Position numbers and translations under genes: made by a program. 64,000 bases of DNA, taken from Hydrurus foetidus. Taxonomy: Eukaryota. This document shows, piece after piece, positions 59,638 to 64,000 of this stretch (position 1 is its first letter; each line of letters begins with the position of its first letter). The notes under the pieces are model-generated. The model worked only from the letters and a program-made list of their open reading frames with translations. It was not told the origin of the DNA and made no database searches. The stretch spans positions 1,860,001 through 1,924,000 of the forward strand of contig UYFQ01000001.1 in assembly GCA_900617105.1 (NCBI GenBank). The letters run 5' to 3'.

Positions 59638-60668
59638 GCGCCAAACGCATCCAGCACATTGGCCGCGTTAGCCCCTAACTCATCAGCCGCATAACCGCCT
59701 TCCAGAATAAAAACTGTCGGCAGCCCCAAGCGCAGCAGGCGCGCGCCGAGTTGGCTGAAGTCACTGGCCAGCAGTGCAAAAGTTGAAATCGGATCGCCCG
59801 CAAACGTATCGAGCCCAAGCGACACCACCAGCGCATCGGCGTTGTGGCGCTGTACCCGGGCGCACGCCACTTCAAGCGCTTCAAACCATTGCGCGGCTGA
59901 GCTGCCTGCCGCCAGCGGCAAGTTCAAATTAAAACCGTGGCCGGGCCCGCTCCCCAGCTCGTCGGCATGGCCCAGGTAAAACGGGTATTCAGTGCGCGGG
60001 TCGCCGTGCAGGCTGACGAATAAAACATCAGCGCGTTCGTAAAAAATACTCTGCGTGCCGTTGCCGTGGTGGTAGTCGACATCAAGCACGGCCACACGCT
60101 GGCAGCCGCCGTTGAGCAATGCCTGTGCAGCTGCAGCAGCGTTGTTTAAAAAGCAGTAGCCGCCCATGAAGTCGCTACCTGCGTGGTGGCCGGGCGGGCG
60201 TGTCGCGCAAAACGCGCTGCGCTCGCCAGCCTGCAACGCGGCTGCGGCGCTAACTGCCGCGTCTGCCCCCGCTTTGGCCGCCGCCCACGTGCCGCTGGAA
60301 AGCGGGCTGCCGTTGTCCATCGAATACAGCCCCAGCTGCGCGATGAAATTGGTCGGCACCACGTCGCTGCGCAGCGTGCGCACAGGCCATACCGACGGGA
60401 AGGGTTGGCGCGCGGCGTTGCCGGCATCCAGAGCCAACCAGTTGCCCCAGCTTGATTCCAAAAACGCCAGATACCGCGCAGTATGAATTTGCCTGAGAAC
60501 GGCACTGCTGTCGTGCGTGGGCTCGCTAAGCACGCGGCCCCGCGCCAGCAGAGCGGTGCGTATAAATTCGGCTCGCGATGGCGTTTCAAAACACGCCACG
60601 CGCTCACCCCGAAAAAACTCAAACTCAGGGGCGTGTGCGGCGTGCGCACTTGAAAAAAATAGCTTCAT
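59634..60668 (-). CDS. Histone deacetylase family / acetylpolyamine amidohydrolase
   Basis: [32 protein letters not shown]. Confidence 0.92.
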   Translation of the reverse strand: MKLFFSSAHAAHAPEFEFFRGERVACFETPSRAEFIRTALLARGRVLSEPTHDSSAVLRQIHTARYLAFLESSWGNWLALDAGNAARQPFPSVWPVRTLRSDVVPTNFIAQLGLYSMDNGSPLSSGTWAAAKAGADAAVSAAAALQAGERSAFCATRPPGHHAGSDFMGGYCFLNNAAAAAQALLNGGCQRVAVLDVDYHHGNGTQSIFYERADVLFVSLHGDPRTEYPFYLGHADELGSGPGHGFNLNLPLAAGSSAAQWFEALEVACARVQRHNADALVVSLGLDTFAGDPISTFALLASDFSQLGARLLRLGLPTVFILEGGYAADELGANAANVLDAFGA

Positions 60669-60969
60669 AGTGCTGCTGACTGTATTCAAATTGGCAAGCA
60701 GGCGGATCGCGGTAGGCCAAGTTCGCCAAAGTTTGAAGATTACGCAGCACAAATTTGCTATTTAATTTATAGCTGCTCGCGCCCGTATTTATTGATTAAA
60801 ACCTCTAAACTTCTTGAAAATTAGGCCAAAAACGCTTGAAAAGGGCATTAGCAGACCACAAGCCTTGCCAAGCCGCATAGGGCAGAATCAAATTACCTTT
60901 TGTGTTTACCCACCAATCTGCACAGGCCACGCCGCACACCGCGGCACAACACGCCATCAAAACCGTTCG

Positions 60970-61734
60970 ATGCTAGCTACGCTTTCAACCCTTAGCTGTG
61001 CCAAGCGCGTGGTTGTGCGCTGCTTGCTGGTTGTTTGCGCTGCATTTACCGCCACTGCCGCCTTTGCAGCGCCGCCGCCTGCCGTATTTAAAGACGACAT
61101 TGCCCAGCGCGTACTGGCCTGCACCAGTTGCCACGGTCCGCAGGGCCGCGCCGCGCCTGATGGCTACTACCCGCGCCTGGCGGGCAAGCCAGCGGGCTAC
61201 TTGTACAACCAGCTCGTTAACTTTCGGGACGGCAAGCGCCACTACGGTTTGATGACGCAACTGCTGGCCCCGCTAACCGACGCTTATTTAATGGAAATAG
61301 CGCAGCACTTTTCTAGTCTGCAGGCGCCCTACCCCGCGCCGCGCCCGCCAAACGCCGACGCCGCGCAACTTGAGCGCGGCAAACAATTGGTGATGGGTGG
61401 CGAGGCAGCGCGCGGCATACCCGCCTGCGTGCAGTGCCACGGCAGCGCCATGACCGGCGTTGCGCCCAATGTGCCGGGCCTGCTCGGTTTGCCGCGTGAT
61501 TATGTCAACGCGCAACTCGGTGCCTGGAAAACCGGCCAACGCCAAGCCCAGGCGCCCGACTGTATGCACGCCGTGGTCAAGCGCTTGTCTGACGCCGACA
61601 TCAATGCCGCCAGCAGTTACCTGGCTGCACTCGCACTACCCGCCGACACCACGCCGGCCCGCAGCGCACCCGCACTCGGCGCGGGGGCGGTAGCTATCAA
61701 CTGCGGCAGTGCGCCGCTGCAAGCGCTGCCATGA
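60970..61734 (+). CDS. Diheme cytochrome c4-like protein
   Basis: CTSCH and CVQCH; signal peptide. Start is approximate. Confidence 0.88.
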   Translation: MLATLSTLSCAKRVVVRCLLVVCAAFTATAAFAAPPPAVFKDDIAQRVLACTSCHGPQGRAAPDGYYPRLAGKPAGYLYNQLVNFRDGKRHYGLMTQLLAPLTDAYLMEIAQHFSSLQAPYPAPRPPNADAAQLERGKQLVMGGEAARGIPACVQCHGSAMTGVAPNVPGLLGLPRDYVNAQLGAWKTGQRQAQAPDCMHAVVKRLSDADINAASSYLAALALPADTTPARSAPALGAGAVAINCGSAPLQALP

Positions 61735-63086
61735 AGCGCAGCCATAGCGTCAATTGGGTTGTAGGCGCGTTTGCGGTGACAGGCGTTTTGCTGCTGGCCG
61801 CATCTAGCTGGCTGTGGATTCAAAACACGCTTGACGAAGCGGTTTCAGCCCCACAGCAAACGTCGAGCCTGTCACCCGCAGCTACAGTTGCCCGCGGGGC
61901 CTACCTGGCGCAAGTTGGCAACTGTGCGGGCTGCCACACCGCGCGTGGCGGCGCAGCTTATGCGGGCGGCTTGGGCATCAACACGCCGTTTGGCGCGGTG
62001 TACGCCAGCAACCTCACGCCTGACGTTGCCAACGGCATTGGCAGCTGGACCAGCCACGACTTTTGGCGCGCGCTGCACAACGGCAAGTCAAAAGATGGCC
62101 GCTTGTTGTACCCGGCTTTTCCGTACACCAACACCACACTGGTGACCCGCGCAGACTCTGATGCGCTGTTTGCTTACCTGTCGCGGCTACCGGCTGCAGC
62201 GCAGCCCAACACGGCGCACACGGTGCGCTTTCCATACAACTCGCCACTTGCCTTGGCCGTGTGGCGGGCGCTGTACTTCAAGCCCGGCGTTTTTAAAGAC
62301 GACCCTGCGCAAAGCGCCGAGGTTAATCGCGGTGCCTACCTGGTCGGCGGGCTGGGCCATTGCAGCGCCTGCCACGCCGCGCGCAACGCACTGGGCGCCA
62401 CAGCCGGGCCTGACTTGGCAGGCGGGCTGATACCGCTACAAAACTGGTACGCGCCGTCGCTGGTGTCAAAGCTTGAGGCGGGCTTGGGCGACTGGGCCAT
62501 TGCCGACATTAAAACCCTTTTTAAAAGCGGCGTAGCTGCCAACGCGTCTGTGATTGGGCCGATGGCAGAAGTGGTGCTGGGCAGTACCCAGCACTGGACG
62601 GACGCAGACTTAACCGCCATGGCGCAATACTTAAAAGCGCTCGGCCAAGCGGCGCCAACCCAGCACACCGCAGCCGAACCGGCGTTGTCATTGATGTCGA
62701 CATCACCCACCGTGCAAGCCAATGCAGCGCCGCAAGGGTCGTCAGAACTGGGGGCCAAGCTCTATGACCAGCACTGCGCGCAATGCCACGGCGCGGGCGG
62801 CGAAGGCCAGCGCGTGGGCAACCAGCTGGCTTACCCCGCCCTAAAAGGAAACCGCGCCGTGCTGATGGCGCAAACCACCAACCTGGTGCAAATTGTGCTC
62901 AAAGGTGGCTATGCGCCCGCCACCGCCAGCAACCCGCGCCCTTTTGGCATGCCGCCCTTTGTATTGACGCTGCAAGACAACGAAATTGCCGCCGTGCTGA
63001 CCCACGCAAGATCTCAATGGGGCAACCAGGCCAGCAGCATCAGCGCGCTGGACGTCAACCGGGTGCGAGACAATCCGGGCAGGTAG
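61731..63086 (+). CDS. Triheme cytochrome c (dehydrogenase cytochrome subunit-like)
   Basis: CAGCH, CSACH, CAQCH; NLTPD, LYPAFPY. Confidence 0.9.
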   Translation: MKRSHSVNWVVGAFAVTGVLLLAASSWLWIQNTLDEAVSAPQQTSSLSPAATVARGAYLAQVGNCAGCHTARGGAAYAGGLGINTPFGAVYASNLTPDVANGIGSWTSHDFWRALHNGKSKDGRLLYPAFPYTNTTLVTRADSDALFAYLSRLPAAAQPNTAHTVRFPYNSPLALAVWRALYFKPGVFKDDPAQSAEVNRGAYLVGGLGHCSACHAARNALGATAGPDLAGGLIPLQNWYAPSLVSKLEAGLGDWAIADIKTLFKSGVAANASVIGPMAEVVLGSTQHWTDADLTAMAQYLKALGQAAPTQHTAAEPALSLMSTSPTVQANAAPQGSSELGAKLYDQHCAQCHGAGGEGQRVGNQLAYPALKGNRAVLMAQTTNLVQIVLKGGYAPATASNPRPFGMPPFVLTLQDNEIAAVLTHARSQWGNQASSISALDVNRVRDNPGR

Positions 63087-63219
63087 TTATGCGGCTATCG
63101 CATGGGGGCATGACACAACAGCTATTACTTTCATAGCTGCTCGCGCCCATATTTGTTGCGCTATTGGGCTAAAATGCATATAAAAAAAGCAACTTTTGCG
63201 TAAATCACAGCGGCAAAGT

Positions 63220-63303
63220 AAGCGACTGGGCAAGCGACTGGGCAAGCGACTGGGCAAGCGACTGGGCAAGCGACAGGGTAAGTGACAAAGAAAGTGACAG
63301 AGG
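63220..63303 (+). repeat. 12 bp tandem repeat (VNTR)
   Basis: (AAGCGACTGGGC)x4 followed by three degenerate units. Confidence 0.9.
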
Positions 63304-63309
63304 AAATGT

Positions 63310-64000
63310 ATGCAACGTATCGTGATTATTGGCGGCGGGGCCGGCGGGTTGGCACTGGCTACCCAGCTAGGCAAGCGCCTGGGCAAGAAAAAAAAGGCCC
63401 AGATCACGCTGGTAGACGGTGCCCGCACGCACGTGTGGAAGCCGCTGTTTCACCAGTTGGCGGCGGGCAGCTTTGACACCCATGCCGAAGAAATTGAATA
63501 CCTGGCCCAAGCCCGCTGGAACCATTTTAAATTTCGCCTGGGCCGGCTGACCGGTGTTGACCGCGCCAATAAAACCGTGCAACTGGCCGCTAGCCACGAC
63601 GCCGCGCGCCGCGAAATCACGCCAGCGCAGTCGCTTGCTTACGACACCCTCATCATTGCTGTGGGCAGCCAGACCAACGATTTTGGCACGCTGGGTGCGG
63701 CAGAGCACACCATCAAACTCGACAGCCCCGCGGCAGCCAAGTACTTCAACGCCCGTCTGGTCAACGCGTGCCTGCGCGCACAAACCTTGCCCCGGGTGGA
63801 AGGCAAAGCCATGTTGACCGTCACCATCGTTGGCGGCGGCGCTACCGGGGTTGAGCTGGCGGCTGAGCTGCATTCGGCAGCCCGCATCATGGGCAACTAC
63901 GGCTTCGACAATATCGACCCTGAAAAAGACCTGCAAATTGTGCTGGTGGAAGCCGGGCCGCGCCTGCTGGCCCAGTTGCCCGAGCGCCTCGGCCACGCCG
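63310..64000 (+). CDS. ndh: Type II NADH dehydrogenase (partial, runs off the window)
   Basis: Translated by hand: MQRIVIIGGGAGGL...HVWKPLFHQLAAG...IVGGGATGVELAAEL. Confidence 0.9.
   Translation, partial: MQRIVIIGGGAGGLALATQLGKRLGKKKKAQITLVDGARTHVWKPLFHQLAAGSFDTHAEEIEYLAQARWNHFKFRLGRLTGVDRANKTVQLAASHDAARREITPAQSLAYDTLIIAVGSQTNDFGTLGAAEHTIKLDSPAAAKYFNARLVNACLRAQTLPRVEGKAMLTVTIVGGGATGVELAAELHSAARIMGNYGFDNIDPEKDLQIVLVEAGPRLLAQLPERLGHA

Noticed and set aside
7381..63187. Dispersed repeat as a CRISPR or integron attC array
   Set aside because: Irregular spacing, both orientations, many copies inside core CDSs, and no integron integrase.
63220..63303. CRISPR array
   Set aside because: Units are contiguous 12-mers with no spacers, and there are no cas genes.
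602..63996. Numerous antisense and alternate-frame ORFs
   Set aside because: Shadow ORFs of well-supported genes in high-GC DNA.
1..64000. tRNA or rRNA genes
   Set aside because: None recognised by eye; tRNAscan and Rfam were not run.

Overview
GC-rich betaproteobacterial chromosome, most likely Comamonadaceae (Polaromonas/Rhodoferax-like; inferred from gene content and order). In order it carries: a sugar-acid (idonate/gluconate) cluster; a sigma54-driven nitrate/nitrite assimilation cluster (nirBD-nasA, a Deg-type protease, ybiB-cobA); a TRAP transporter; nhaR; a HI0933 flavoprotein; rpsU-yqeY; two tandem LysM-FecR genes; cysE-trmJ/suhB; a CusRS-like two-component locus with a PEBP-YHYH lipoprotein; a DUF1778/GNAT toxin-antitoxin pair overlapping mutS; Anbu; uppP; a LytS/LytTR locus; glnS; a ~7 kb accessory defence/TA island (ABC-type ATPase + PIN-like nuclease, intact IS4, zeta-like NTPase + microprotein, orphan XRE antitoxin, trxC, MNT-HEPN, NYN); a DUF11 secreted protein; an acs pseudogene; cytochromes c; and ndh. 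The strongest unexplained signals are: (1) a ~60-65 bp two-hairpin repeat present 16 times, 9 copies inside CDSs, some seemingly overprinted without length change and three forming signal-peptide sequence; (2) the ATPase-PIN cassette; (3) the putatively metal-regulated PEBP-YHYH locus; (4) further structured palindromic elements. Family assignments come from motif recognition only; no searches were run.
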